Assembly: GCA_963805975.1 (NCBI GenBank)
Contig: CAWDVR010000004.1
Coordinates: forward strand, 384,001-448,000
DNA from: an uncultured Acidobacteriota bacterium
GTDB lineage: Bacteria; Acidobacteriota; Thermoanaerobaculia; Multivoradales; SZUA-115
Length of the DNA stretch: 64,000 bases
Direction of reading: 5' to 3'
How positions within the stretch are numbered: position 1 is the stretch's first letter; the number at the start of each line of letters is the position of its first letter. Shown here in pieces: positions 54,558-64,000 of the stretch. The notes beneath the pieces are model-generated. The model worked only from the letters and a program-made list of their open reading frames with translations, had not been told where the DNA came from and made no database searches. A program made the position numbers and the translations under genes.

Positions 54558-55022
54558 CTAGACCTGGGAGGGCTCGTGGACGGTCGAGGTCGAGCCTTCC
54601 TCCACCAGCAGCACCTCGACCCGGAGGCTCTGGGCCGCGCGGGCGAGGGCGCGGTCGGCGGTGGCGAGAGTGCGCTCGTCCACCGCGGCCACGGCGAGGT
54701 GGAGGGCGTCGAGCGTGCGCAGCGGCGGCGCCGGCGCCGCCAGCCAGCGCCGGGCCAGCTCGTAGTGGGCGCGCGCCAGCGGCAGCCGCTCGTAGTAGCC
54801 CGCCGCCAGGTGGGTCGAGAAGTGCGAGCGGGCCCGGTCCGCGTCCTCGCCGGCCATCTCGCCCTGGCGCACCTTGCGCGCCAGGGCGGAGAAGAGCTCC
54901 ACCTCCACCAGGTCGCTCACCGCCGGCGAGGGAAAGAGGCGCAGGAGCCGCTCCGCGTCCTCGGAGAGTGGCTCGGGCGCGTAGTAGGCCACCACCACGC
55001 TGGTGTCGGCGTAGAGGTTCAA
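54558..55022 (-). CDS. VapC/PIN toxin
   Basis: LYADTSVVV, VEVELFSAL, LRTLDALHLA, ATADRAL; TTG start overlaps the antitoxin stop. Confidence 0.88.
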   Translation of the reverse strand: MNLYADTSVVVAYYAPEPLSEDAERLLRLFPSPAVSDLVEVELFSALARKVRQGEMAGEDADRARSHFSTHLAAGYYERLPLARAHYELARRWLAAPAPPLRTLDALHLAVAAVDERTLATADRALARAAQSLRVEVLLVEEGSTSTVHEPSQV

Positions 55023-55258
55023 TAGCGCTCCTCGCGGCGGGCCGCGGCGACCTCCTGGCTCAGCGCGCGGCCACGGACCTCGAGGGTGCTCCGGAAGTGG
55101 GCCAGCCGGGGCAGGGCCTTCGCCTTCGCGGCCCCGGGCGGGGAGAGGCGCGCCACCGCCTTGCCGCGGCGGGTGAGCACGACCTCTTCGCCCGCCGCGA
55201 CGCGGTCGAGAAGCTCCTTGAAGGAGCGCCGGGCGTCTCGTACGGTGATCTCTCTCAT
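55019..55258 (-). CDS. Phd/YefM antitoxin
   Basis: MREITVRDARRSFKELLDRVAAGEEVVLTRRGKAVARL. Confidence 0.9.
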   Translation of the reverse strand: MREITVRDARRSFKELLDRVAAGEEVVLTRRGKAVARLSPPGAAKAKALPRLAHFRSTLEVRGRALSQEVAAARREERY

Positions 55259-55272
55259 GACAGCTTCTCCAG

Positions 55273-55295
55273 GTGTACTCTTGGAGTGTACTCCA
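55273..55295. promoter_or_regulatory. Candidate TA operator
   Basis: GTGTACTC repeated at 55273 and 55286; near-palindrome TGGAGT-GT-ACTCCA just upstream of the antitoxin start. Confidence 0.5.
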
Positions 55296-55376
55296 GGATC
55301 CGTGGGTTCTGGGCAGGAGTCTCTCGCCAGCGCTCCGGTAAGATCCCGGCGCACTCCGGAGGGCTTCGCGCACACC

Positions 55377-57275
55377 ATGGTGGCTACCCCGTACGACGCT
55401 TCCGCTATCGAGGTCTTGACCGGCCTCGAGCCCGTCCGCCGCCGGCCGGGCATGTACACCCAGACCGAGCGGCCCAACCACCTGGCGCAGGAGGTGATCG
55501 ACAACTCCGTCGACGAGGCCATCGCCGGCCACTGCGACAAGATCGAGGTCACCCTCTACGAGGACGGTTCCCTCGCCGTGGCCGACAACGGCCGCGGCAT
55601 GCCGGTCGACAAGCACCGGGACGAGAAGGTCTCCGGCGTCGAGGTGATCCTCACCCGCCTGCACTCGGGCGCCAAGTTCTCGGACAAGAGCTACCGCTTC
55701 TCGGGCGGCCTGCACGGCGTCGGCGTGTCGGTGGTCAACGCCCTGTCGTCGAAGCTCGAGGTCCTCGTGCGGCGGGGTGGCAAGGAGCACCGCATGACCT
55801 TCGCCGGCGGCGAGAAGACCTCGGAGCTCAAGGTGGTGGGCGAGGTCGGGCAGAGAAACACCGGCACCACGATCCGCTTCTGGCCGGACCCCAAGTACTT
55901 CGACACCCCGAGGCTCGCCGTTCCTCGCCTCAAGCATTCGCTCCGTGCCAAGGCCGTGCTCTGCCCCGGCCTTCACGTGCGCTTCGTCCACGAGGGCACG
56001 CCGGAGGATGACGAGGAGTGGCGCTACGAGGCCGGCCTCACGGACTACCTGCTCGACGAGCTCGCCGGCAGCACGCTCCTGCCCACGGTGCCCTTCGTGG
56101 GCCATTTCAAAGGCAACGACGAAGAGGTGGACTGGGCTCTGGGCTGGCTCCCCGAGGAGGGCGAGCCGGTTGCCGAGAGCTACGTCAATCTGATTCCCAC
56201 GCCCCAGGGCGGCACGCACGTCAACGGCTTCCGCTCCGGGCTCACCGAGGCGATCCGCGAGTTCTGCGAGTTCCGCGGCCTCCTGCCCCGCGGCGTGAAG
56301 CTGGCGCCGGAGGACGTGTGGGGCCGCGTGACCTACGTGTTGTCGCTGCGCATGAAAGAGCCGCTCTTCACCGGCCAGACCAAGGATCGGCTCGCCTCCC
56401 GCGAGGCCGCTGCTTTCGTCTCCGGCGTGACCAAAGACTCCTTCAGCCTGTGGCTCAACCAGCACGTGGCCGACGCCGAGGCCATCGCGCGGCTCGCGAT
56501 CGAAAGCGCCCAGACCCGCACCAGGGCCGGCAAGGAGGTGCAGAGGAAGAAGATCACCAGCGGGCCGGCGCTCCCCGGCAAGCTCGCGGACTGCACCCTC
56601 CAGGCTCTCGAGCTCACCGAGCTCTTCCTGGTGGAGGGCGACTCGGCCGGCGGCTCGGCCAAGCAGGCGCGGAGCCGGGAGTTCCAGGCCATCCTGCCGT
56701 TGCGCGGGAAGATCCTCAACACCTGGGAGGTGGCCTCGAGCCAAGTGCTGGGCTCGCAGGAGGTGCACGACATCGCGGTAGCTTTGGGGGTGGACCCCGG
56801 CTCCGGCAACCTCCAGGGCCTGCGCTACGGCAAGGTCTGCATCCTGGCCGATGCGGACTCGGACGGCGCCCACATCGCCTCGCTGCTCTGTGCCTTGTTC
56901 CTGAAGCACTTCCGCGCTCTGGTGGAGGACGGCCGCGTCCACGTCGCCATGCCGCCGCTCTACCGCATCGACGTCGGCAAGCAGGTCTACTACGCGCTCG
57001 ACGACGAGGAAAAGAAGGGCTACCTCGACCGCATCGAGGCCGAGGGCCTGCGCGGCAAGGTCAACGTGCAGCGCTTCAAGGGCCTGGGCGAGATGAACCC
57101 CATCCAGCTCCGCGAGACCACCATGGCCCCCGAGACCCGCCGCCTGGTGCAGCTCACCCTCGACGGCGCCGCGGGGGCTTCCGCAGATGACATGCTGGAC
57201 ATGCTGCTCGCCAAGGCCAGGGTCGCCGATAGGAAGCAGTGGCTGACGGCCAAGGGGAACTTGGCGGAGGTGTAG
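55377..57275 (+). CDS. parE: DNA topoisomerase IV subunit B
   Basis: IEVLTGLEPVRRRPGMYT, EVIDNSVDE, EGDSAGG, PLRGKILNTWE, DADSDGAHI, QRFKGLGEMNP..LRETT; about 630 aa with no GyrB insert. Confidence 0.92.
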   Translation: MVATPYDASAIEVLTGLEPVRRRPGMYTQTERPNHLAQEVIDNSVDEAIAGHCDKIEVTLYEDGSLAVADNGRGMPVDKHRDEKVSGVEVILTRLHSGAKFSDKSYRFSGGLHGVGVSVVNALSSKLEVLVRRGGKEHRMTFAGGEKTSELKVVGEVGQRNTGTTIRFWPDPKYFDTPRLAVPRLKHSLRAKAVLCPGLHVRFVHEGTPEDDEEWRYEAGLTDYLLDELAGSTLLPTVPFVGHFKGNDEEVDWALGWLPEEGEPVAESYVNLIPTPQGGTHVNGFRSGLTEAIREFCEFRGLLPRGVKLAPEDVWGRVTYVLSLRMKEPLFTGQTKDRLASREAAAFVSGVTKDSFSLWLNQHVADAEAIARLAIESAQTRTRAGKEVQRKKITSGPALPGKLADCTLQALELTELFLVEGDSAGGSAKQARSREFQAILPLRGKILNTWEVASSQVLGSQEVHDIAVALGVDPGSGNLQGLRYGKVCILADADSDGAHIASLLCALFLKHFRALVEDGRVHVAMPPLYRIDVGKQVYYALDDEEKKGYLDRIEAEGLRGKVNVQRFKGLGEMNPIQLRETTMAPETRRLVQLTLDGAAGASADDMLDMLLAKARVADRKQWLTAKGNLAEV

Positions 57276-57367
57276 GAGCCAGCAGGCCGAACTTCAGGCG
57301 CTGATCAAGCGCCCTGCAGGGACGGCGCCTGACTCGGCTACACTCAGGCCGCTCGAGGAGGAACCCG

Positions 57368-57616
57368 ATGATGCCCGAACCGATGCGTGCCCCGCCCGGC
57401 TTCGACGAGCTCTCCACCGACGAGAAGGTCGACTATTTGCAGTCGCTCTGGAAGCGTATCGCTGCGCAGCCTGATGCCGTGCCCGTTCCCGACTGGCATC
57501 GCAGTGTTGTTCGGGAACGTGTGGAGGCGCATCGCAAGGAGCCTGCCAAAGGCGACACTTGGGATACCGTGCGAGCCCGCCTCCGCCGGAAGATCACAGA
57601 GCGTGCCGCTGAGTGA
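57368..57616 (+). CDS. Addiction-module antitoxin-like protein
   Basis: LSTDEKVDYLQSLW, VPDWH..VVRER, TWDTVRARL; GAGGAGG RBS. Confidence 0.8.
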   Translation: MMPEPMRAPPGFDELSTDEKVDYLQSLWKRIAAQPDAVPVPDWHRSVVRERVEAHRKEPAKGDTWDTVRARLRRKITERAAE

Positions 57617-57751
57617 AGAGCCGGCTTCTGATCATCCGCCCCGAGGCGGAGGCCGACAGCGAGGACGCTGCTCTTTGGTATGAGGCCCAGCGCGTTGGCC
57701 TGGGCCTCGACTTCGAGGAGGATCTCGATCACCTTCTGCAACGGATTCGCC
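57613..57751 (+). pseudogene. Truncated RelE/ParE toxin (N-terminal ~46 codons)
   Basis: IRPEAEADSEDAALWYEAQRVGLGLDF..I runs directly into the VOC gene start; the C-terminal half is missing. Confidence 0.7.
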
Positions 57752-58165
57752 ATGCCCACCATCCGCCGCGTTCTCGAAACTGCGCTCTACTGCGACGACC
57801 TCGACCGCGCCGTCGCTTTCTACCGCGACTTGCTGGGCCTGTCGGTGCTGGCGCCGGGTCCGCGGCTCACCGCCATGGATGCCGGCGAGGGTACCGTGCT
57901 GCTGCTCTTCAAGAGCGGCGCCTCGCGAGAGGGAGTGCAGCTTCCCGACCACTGGCTTCCGCCGCACGATGGCTCGGGGCCGGTGCACATGGCCTTCGCG
58001 GTGGCGGCCGAGGACCTGCCTGCCTGGGAGGAGCGGCTCGCTTCCCACGGCGTAGAGATCGAGAGCCGCATCCACTGGGAGCGCGGCGGCAGGAGCCTCT
58101 ACTTCCGCGACCCGGATGGCCACTCGGTCGAGCTGGCGACCCCGGGAACCTGGGCGACGTACTGA
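57752..58165 (+). CDS. VOC/glyoxalase family protein
   Basis: LETALYCDDLDRA..FY..LLGL, HMAF, GGRSLYFRDPDGHSVEL. Confidence 0.9.
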   Translation: MPTIRRVLETALYCDDLDRAVAFYRDLLGLSVLAPGPRLTAMDAGEGTVLLLFKSGASREGVQLPDHWLPPHDGSGPVHMAFAVAAEDLPAWEERLASHGVEIESRIHWERGGRSLYFRDPDGHSVELATPGTWATY

Positions 58166-58186
58166 AGAGGTACGAGCTCCACCCTC

Positions 58187-60130
58187 TCACTCCACCGCCA
58201 ACGCAATCTGGTTCGCAAAGGTCTCCAGCAGGTGGCGCTGGTCCGGGCTGTCCAGCCGCTCCGCCGCGCCCGAGAGGATGCCTAGCACGCCGGCCACTTT
58301 GCCCGGCACCGAGAGGGGCAGGAAGAGGCCCTCGGCGGCGGGGAGAGTGTTGGTGGTGCGGCCGGCGGGCTGGCCGTGGTTGAACACCCAGGCGGCGACG
58401 GCGTGCTCCATCAGGTCGAGGTCCTGGAGCGGCGGGCCGTCGGCCTGGCCGCCCACGGTCAGCCGGCCGCCCTCGCCCGGCACCAGGAGCACCGTGGGGC
58501 AGCCGAAGAAGCCGGCCACGTGCCGGGCGGCGGTGTCGAGGGTGGCGGCAAGGTCCGGTGCCACGACCAGGTCGCGGGAGAGGGCGTAGAGGGCGGCGGT
58601 GCGCTGCTCGCGCAGCCGCGCGGCCTCGGCCTGCTGCCGCAGCCGCACGGTCAGGGTGGAGATGAAGAGGGCCGTCCCCAGCATCACACCGAAGGTCACC
58701 AGGTACTCGCTGTCGGCGACCGCGAAGCTCAAGCGCGGTGAGACGAAGAAGAAGTCGAAGCAGACGACGGACAGCACCGAAGCGAGGCCCGCCGCGCCCC
58801 TGCCGCCGCGTGCCGCCACTGCCACCACGCCCAGCAGGTAGACCATCACCAGATTGGTGCGCTCGAAGCGGGGTAACATCCAGGCGCAGATCAGAGTGGC
58901 GAGCGCCGTCACCACGAGCGCCGCGGTGTACTCCTTCCACCTGGCTTCGAGGCGTGGGCCTTGCCGTGCCGGCTCCATGACACCGGATTCTTCCTCGCCG
59001 GAAATGACGTAGACGTCGAGGTCGCCGCTGCCGCGCTCCAGGTCGTCGCGCACCGAGCCGAAGAGGCGGTCCCAAAAGCGCGGGTGGATGGGCTTGCCGA
59101 CCACGATCTTGGTGACGTTTCTCCAGCGCGCGTGCTTGAGGATCTCCTCGGCGGCCCGCTGGCCAGAGAGCACCACGGTCTGGGCTCCCAGGGTCTCGGC
59201 GAGGCGTAGGGTCTCGCGCACACGGCCCTTCTCGGTCGCGGGTAGCCGCAGCTCTCCGGGCGTCTCGACGTAGACCACCCACCATTCCGCCCTGAGGCGG
59301 TCCGCCAGCCGCCGCGCGGCGCGCACCAGCTTCGGAGCCGAGGGGCCGGAGGAGACGGCCACCAGCAGGCGCTCGGCCACCGGCCAGGTGGCGGCGATGC
59401 CGTGCTGCTCGCGGTAGCGTCGCATCTGCTCGTCCACGCGGTCGGCGGTCTTGCGTAGCGCCAGCTCACGGAGCGCGATCAGATTGCCCGCGCGAAAGAA
59501 GCCGTCGATGGCCCGCGCCGCTTGCTCGGGCACGTAGACCTTGCCTTCTGCCAGGCGTTTCAGCAGGTCTTCGGCCGGCAGGTCGACCAGCTCGACCTGG
59601 TCCGCGCGCTCGAGGATCGAGTCGGGCACGGTCTCCCGCACCACGATGCCGGTGATCTGACCGACCACGTCGCGCAGGCTCTCGAGGTGCTGGATGTTGA
59701 CCGTGGTGTAGACGTCGATGCCGGCGGCGAGCAGCTCCAGGGTGTCCTGCCAGCGCTTGGCGTGCCGTGAGCCGGGCGCGTTGGTGTGGGCCAGCTCGTC
59801 GACCAGTAGGACGGTGGGGCGGCGGGCCAGCGCGGCGTCCAGGTCCATCTCGCTGCGGCTGAGGCCGCGGTGCTCCGCCGTGCGCGGCGGCAGGCGCTCG
59901 AGGCCGGCGACCAGGGCTTCGGTCTCCCTGCGGCCGTGGGTCTCCACCCAGCCGATCACCACGTCCACGCCGCGGCGTTTCATCTCGTGCGCCGCTTCCA
60001 GCATGGCGTAGGTCTTGCCCACGCCGGCCACGGCGCCGAGGAAGATCTTGAGCCGGCCGCGGCGCGCCTGCTCCTCCTCCGCCTTGGCGAGGGCGAGCAG
60101 GGCGTCGGGGTCGCGGCGGTCGGGGATCAC
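58187..60130 (-). CDS. kdpD: KdpD lacking the histidine-kinase domains (KdpD-USP-TM-GAF only)
   Basis: GAVAGVGKTY, VDELAH, NIQHLES, LRELALR, four TMs, GAF; stops at ANQIALAVE with no H-box. Confidence 0.85.
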   Translation of the reverse strand: MIPDRRDPDALLALAKAEEEQARRGRLKIFLGAVAGVGKTYAMLEAAHEMKRRGVDVVIGWVETHGRRETEALVAGLERLPPRTAEHRGLSRSEMDLDAALARRPTVLLVDELAHTNAPGSRHAKRWQDTLELLAAGIDVYTTVNIQHLESLRDVVGQITGIVVRETVPDSILERADQVELVDLPAEDLLKRLAEGKVYVPEQAARAIDGFFRAGNLIALRELALRKTADRVDEQMRRYREQHGIAATWPVAERLLVAVSSGPSAPKLVRAARRLADRLRAEWWVVYVETPGELRLPATEKGRVRETLRLAETLGAQTVVLSGQRAAEEILKHARWRNVTKIVVGKPIHPRFWDRLFGSVRDDLERGSGDLDVYVISGEEESGVMEPARQGPRLEARWKEYTAALVVTALATLICAWMLPRFERTNLVMVYLLGVVAVAARGGRGAAGLASVLSVVCFDFFFVSPRLSFAVADSEYLVTFGVMLGTALFISTLTVRLRQQAEAARLREQRTAALYALSRDLVVAPDLAATLDTAARHVAGFFGCPTVLLVPGEGGRLTVGGQADGPPLQDLDLMEHAVAAWVFNHGQPAGRTTNTLPAAEGLFLPLSVPGKVAGVLGILSGAAERLDSPDQRHLLETFANQIALAVE

Positions 60131-60708
60131 CGGGAGCCCACCTCCCCATCAAGCGACAGATTGAGTGCCAGAACGTTCACCCGCGGCTCGCCGAGGAAGC
60201 CCCACTGCCGGCCCTCGACGTGCTCCTCGACGAGGCGGCGCACGGTGGCCGGATCGAGGCCGCGGGCGGCGGCCACGCGACCCACCTGGTAGAACGCCGC
60301 CGCAGGGCTGAGGTGCGGATCGAGCCCGGAGGCCGAGGCAGTGGCGAGGTCGGCCGGCACCGGCCCGGTCTCTTGGGGATGGGCGGAGCGCAGGCTCGCG
60401 ACCCGCGCCGCCACCGCTTCGAGGAATGCCGGGTTGATGGGCCCGAGGTTGGAGCCCGAGGAAGCGCCACCGTTGTAGCTGGGCGCGGTGGCCGACGGGC
60501 GGCCCCAGAAATAGCGCTCGCCGGTGAAGATCTGGCCGACGAGCTCGGAGCCGATCCGCCGGCCTCCGCGCTCGATCAGGCTGCCGTGCGCCTGGCGCGG
60601 GAAGATCACCTGGGCGAGCCCGGTGACGAGGAGCGGGTAGGCGACGCCGGTGAGCGCCGTGAAGAGGACGAGGGCGAGGAAAGCGGTGCGCAACTCTTTT
60701 TTCATCAT
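60127..60708 (-). CDS. kdpC: K+-transporting ATPase subunit C
   Basis: [41 protein letters not shown]. Confidence 0.95.
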   Translation of the reverse strand: MMKKELRTAFLALVLFTALTGVAYPLLVTGLAQVIFPRQAHGSLIERGGRRIGSELVGQIFTGERYFWGRPSATAPSYNGGASSGSNLGPINPAFLEAVAARVASLRSAHPQETGPVPADLATASASGLDPHLSPAAAFYQVGRVAAARGLDPATVRRLVEEHVEGRQWGFLGEPRVNVLALNLSLDGEVGSR

Positions 60709-62775
60709 GTGAGCCTCAATGCAACGAGGGCGAGGTCGATCAGCTTGATCCCCACGAACGGCGCGATCAGCCCTCCGACGCCATACAGCAGCAGGTTGTC
60801 GCGCAGCAGGCGGGCGGCGGGAAGGCGGCGGTACGACACGCCCTTCAAGGCCAGCGGGATCAGCAGCACGATGACGAGCGCATTGAAGATCACCGCCGAG
60901 AGAATGGCGCTCTCCGGGGTCGCGAGGCCCATCACGTTGAGCCGGCCGAGCACCGGATAGGTGCTGACGAAGGCCGCCGGGATGATGGCGAAGTACTTGG
61001 CCACGTCGTTGGCGATCGAGAAGGTGGTGAGCGCGCCGCGGGTCATCAGGAGCTGCTTGCCGATCTCCACGGTCTCGAGAAGCTTGGTGGGGTTGGAGTC
61101 GAGGTCCACCATGTTGCTCGCTTCCTTGGCCGCCTGCGTGCCGCTGTTCATGGCCACCGCCACGTCGGCCTGGGCGAGCGCCGGCGCGTCGTTGGTGCCG
61201 TCGCCGGTCATCGCCACCAGCTTGCCGCCGGCCTGCAGCTCGCGGATCAGCTTGAGCTTGGCCTCGGGCGTGGCCTCGGCGAGGAAGTCGTCCAAGCCGG
61301 CCTCGGCGGCGATGGCAGCGGCGGTCAAGGGGTTGTCGCCGGTGATCATCACCGTCTTGATCCCCATCTGGCGCAGCGCCGCGAAGCGCTCGCGGATGCC
61401 GCCCTTGACGATGTCCTTGAGGTGGATCACGCCGAGCACCCGGTCGCCGTCCGCCACCACCAGCGGCGTGCCGCCCTGCTTGGCGATGGTCTCCACCTTG
61501 CCCGCCACGTCGGCCGGCAGCAAACCGCCCCGCGACTCGACGAAGGCGGCGATGGCGTCGCCCGCGCCCTTCCTGAGCTCGCGGCCGGGGAGGTCCACGC
61601 CGCTCATCCGGGTATGGGCGGAGAAGGGCACGAAACGGGCACCCAGGGGCTCGAGGTCGCGCTGGCGCAGGCCGAACCGCTCCTTGGCGAGGACCACGAT
61701 GCTCCGCCCCTCGGGCGTCTCGTCGGCGAGCGAGGCGAGCTGCGCGGCGTCGGCCAGCTCCTCCGGGGTCACCCCGAGGGCGGGCACGAAGTCCGTGGCC
61801 TGGCGGTTGCCGAGCGTGATGGTGCCGGTTTTGTCCAGCAGCAGCACGTCCACGTCGCCGGCCGCCTCCACGGCGCGGCCCGAGGTGGCGATCACGTTCG
61901 CCTGGATCATCCGGTCCATGCCGGCGATGCCGATCGCCGAGAGCAGGCCGCCGATGGTGGTCGGGATCAGGCAGACGAGGAGCGCGAGGAGCGCGGTGAG
62001 CGTGATCGGCGCGCCCTGGCCGGCCTCGCTCGTGCTGTAGAGCGAGAACGGCAGGAGCGTCGCGACGGCGAAGAGGAAGATCAGCGTCAGGGCCACGAGC
62101 AGGATGTGGAGCGCGATCTCGTTCGGTGTGCGCTGGCGCTTGGCGCCTTCGACCAGGGCGATCATGCGGTCGAGGAAGGTCTCGCCCTGGCTCGACGTGA
62201 CGCGCACCACCAGCCAGTCGGAGAGCACCCGCGTGCCGCCGGTGACGGCGTTCTTGTCGCCGCCGCTCTCGCGGATCACCGGCGCGCTCTCACCGGTGAC
62301 GGCGCTCTCGTCGACCGAGGCCGCGCCTTCCACCACCTCACCGTCGGCTGGGATCACGTCCCCGGCTTCGACCAGCACGAAGTCCCCGGGCTCGAGGTCG
62401 GTCGAGGCCACGGGCGTCGACGGTGCGTGGCGGTCGGCGTTCCACAGGCGCTTGGCCATGGTGGTGCGCCTGCGTGGCGCGGAGCGCCGCGGCCTGTGCC
62501 TTGCCGCGGCCCTCGGCCATGGCCTCGGCGAAGTTGGCGAACAGCAGCGTGAACCACAGCCAGAGGGCGATGCCGGTGACGAAGCCGGCCGGCGCCTCGC
62601 CACGGCCGGCGAAGGCCTGGACAGCGAGGAGCGTCGAGGCGACGCTCGCCACCAGCACCACGAACATCACCGGGTTCCTGATCTGGTGGCGCGGATCGAG
62701 CTTGGTGAAAGCCGCGATGGCGGCGCCGCGGACGATCGCGGGGTCGAACAGCGAGAGCTTTCTGCGCAGGGTCAT
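60705..62775 (-). CDS. kdpB: K+-transporting ATPase subunit B, with a +1 frameshift near 62472
   Basis: [26 protein letters not shown]; then [23 protein letters not shown] in a second frame. Confidence 0.93.
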
Positions 62776-62789
62776 CGATGTACCTCTGC

Positions 62790-64000
62790 CTAGCGGGCAG
62801 CCGTCATCTGCAGGTGCTCGACGATGGGGCCGAGCGCCAGCGCCGGGACGAAGGTCAGGGCGCCGACCACCAGCACCACGGCGACCAGCAGAACGACGAA
62901 GAGAGGAGTGTGGGTGGGCAGCGTGCCGGAGCCGGTAGGCACGATCTTCTTGGCTGCCAGCGAGCCGGCGATCGCCAGCACCGGCAGCGCCACCCAGTAG
63001 CGGGCGAAGAGCATGGCGAGGCCCAGCATCGTGTTGTAGAACGGCGTGTTCGCGGAGAGGCCCGCGAAAGCGCTGCCGTTGTTGTTGCCGGCCGAGGAGA
63101 AGGCGTAGAGGATCTCCGAGAAGCCGTGTACGCCGGGGTTGAGGCGGCCGGCGAGGCCCGCCGGCACAAGCATCGCGACGGCGGTGCCGAGAAGCACTAC
63201 GAAGCAGGGCACCAGGATGCCGAACGAGGCCATCTTCATCTCGTGGGCCTCGATCTTCTTGCCGAGGTACTCGGGCGTGCGGCCCACCATCAGCCCGGCG
63301 GTGAACACCGCCACGATCAGAAACAGCAGCATGCCGTAGAGCCCTGAGCCCACGCCGCCGAACACCACCTCGCCCAACTGCATGAGCCACATCGGCACCA
63401 GGCCGCCGAGCGGGGTGAACGAGCCGTGCATCGAGTTCACCGAGCCGTTCGAGGCCGCGGTCGTGGCCGTGGCCCAGAGCGCCGAGGCGCCGATACCGAA
63501 GCGCGTCTCCTTGCCTTCGACGTTTCCTCCCGGCGAGAGGTCGCTCGCCTCGGACGAGAGCCCCAACCCGGCGAAGGCCGGGTTGCCCGCCTGTTCCGCC
63601 CAGGTGCAGACCGCGAGCAAGGGCACGAAGATCACCAGCATGGCGGCGAGGAGCGCCCATCCCTGCCGCGTGTCGCCCACCATGCGGCCGAAGGTGTAGC
63701 AGAGCGCCGCCGGGATCAGGAGGATGGCCAGCAGCTCGAGGAAGTTCGAGAGCGGCGTCGGGTTCTCGAGCGGGTGCGCGGAGTTGGCGTTGAAGAAGCC
63801 GCCGCCGTTGGTGCCGAGCTGCTTGATGGCGATTTGCGAGGCGGCAGGCCCTACTGCGAGCTTTGGGGCCGCCAGCTTCGCCGGCACCGGCTCGCCATCC
63901 TCGGCCGGCGCCGCGGCCTCGAGCGGCTCTATCACCGGGTAGGCCGAGAGAGTCTGCACTACACCCTGGGACACCAGCGCCACGGCCAGGATCAGGGACA
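62790..64000 (-). CDS. kdpA: K+-transporting ATPase subunit A, 5'-partial
   Basis: [41 protein letters not shown]. Confidence 0.96.
   Translation of the reverse strand, partial: SLILAVALVSQGVVQTLSAYPVIEPLEAAAPAEDGEPVPAKLAAPKLAVGPAASQIAIKQLGTNGGGFFNANSAHPLENPTPLSNFLELLAILLIPAALCYTFGRMVGDTRQGWALLAAMLVIFVPLLAVCTWAEQAGNPAFAGLGLSSEASDLSPGGNVEGKETRFGIGASALWATATTAASNGSVNSMHGSFTPLGGLVPMWLMQLGEVVFGGVGSGLYGMLLFLIVAVFTAGLMVGRTPEYLGKKIEAHEMKMASFGILVPCFVVLLGTAVAMLVPAGLAGRLNPGVHGFSEILYAFSSAGNNNGSAFAGLSANTPFYNTMLGLAMLFARYWVALPVLAIAGSLAAKKIVPTGSGTLPTHTPLFVVLLVAVVLVVGALTFVPALALGPIVEHLQMTAAR

Noticed and set aside
57680-58165. Toxin-VOC fusion or an extended VOC N-terminus
   Set aside because: The toxin fragment and VOC are in different frames, and the VOC domain is complete from the ATG at 57752.

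Overview
High-GC (roughly 70% by eye) bacterial chromosome segment. An IPTL-CTERM protein, a FxDGFE-tailed secreted protein, an Oar-like TonB receptor, sulfatase-TPR pairs and TPR kinases suggest Acidobacteriota, possibly Thermoanaerobaculia (inference). Core genes: accC (partial), an in-frame thiE-aroK fusion, a CxxxY-type ccmABCDEF operon, hbd, proS, parE and kdpABC with a kinase-less kdpD. Accessory content: four toxin-antitoxin loci, several REP-like palindrome families, an ECF/anti-sigma/bactofilin-like unit, a large S8 protease, and a TonB receptor followed by two Thr-type sulfatase-fold TPR proteins. Six genes carry single-base frameshifts that look like long-read assembly errors. The best candidate for an undescribed system is at 44.7-50.2 kb: two divergent consensus sigma54 promoters flank a shared ACTGTCCG repeat and drive a secreted cyanovirin-like lectin and a DP-EP-like self-cleaving protein, next to a coupled FHA-like sigma54 activator and a membrane Ser/Thr kinase-TPR sensor. 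No tRNA, rRNA, CRISPR array, integrase or transposase was recognised. All family calls come from motif reading, not database searches.
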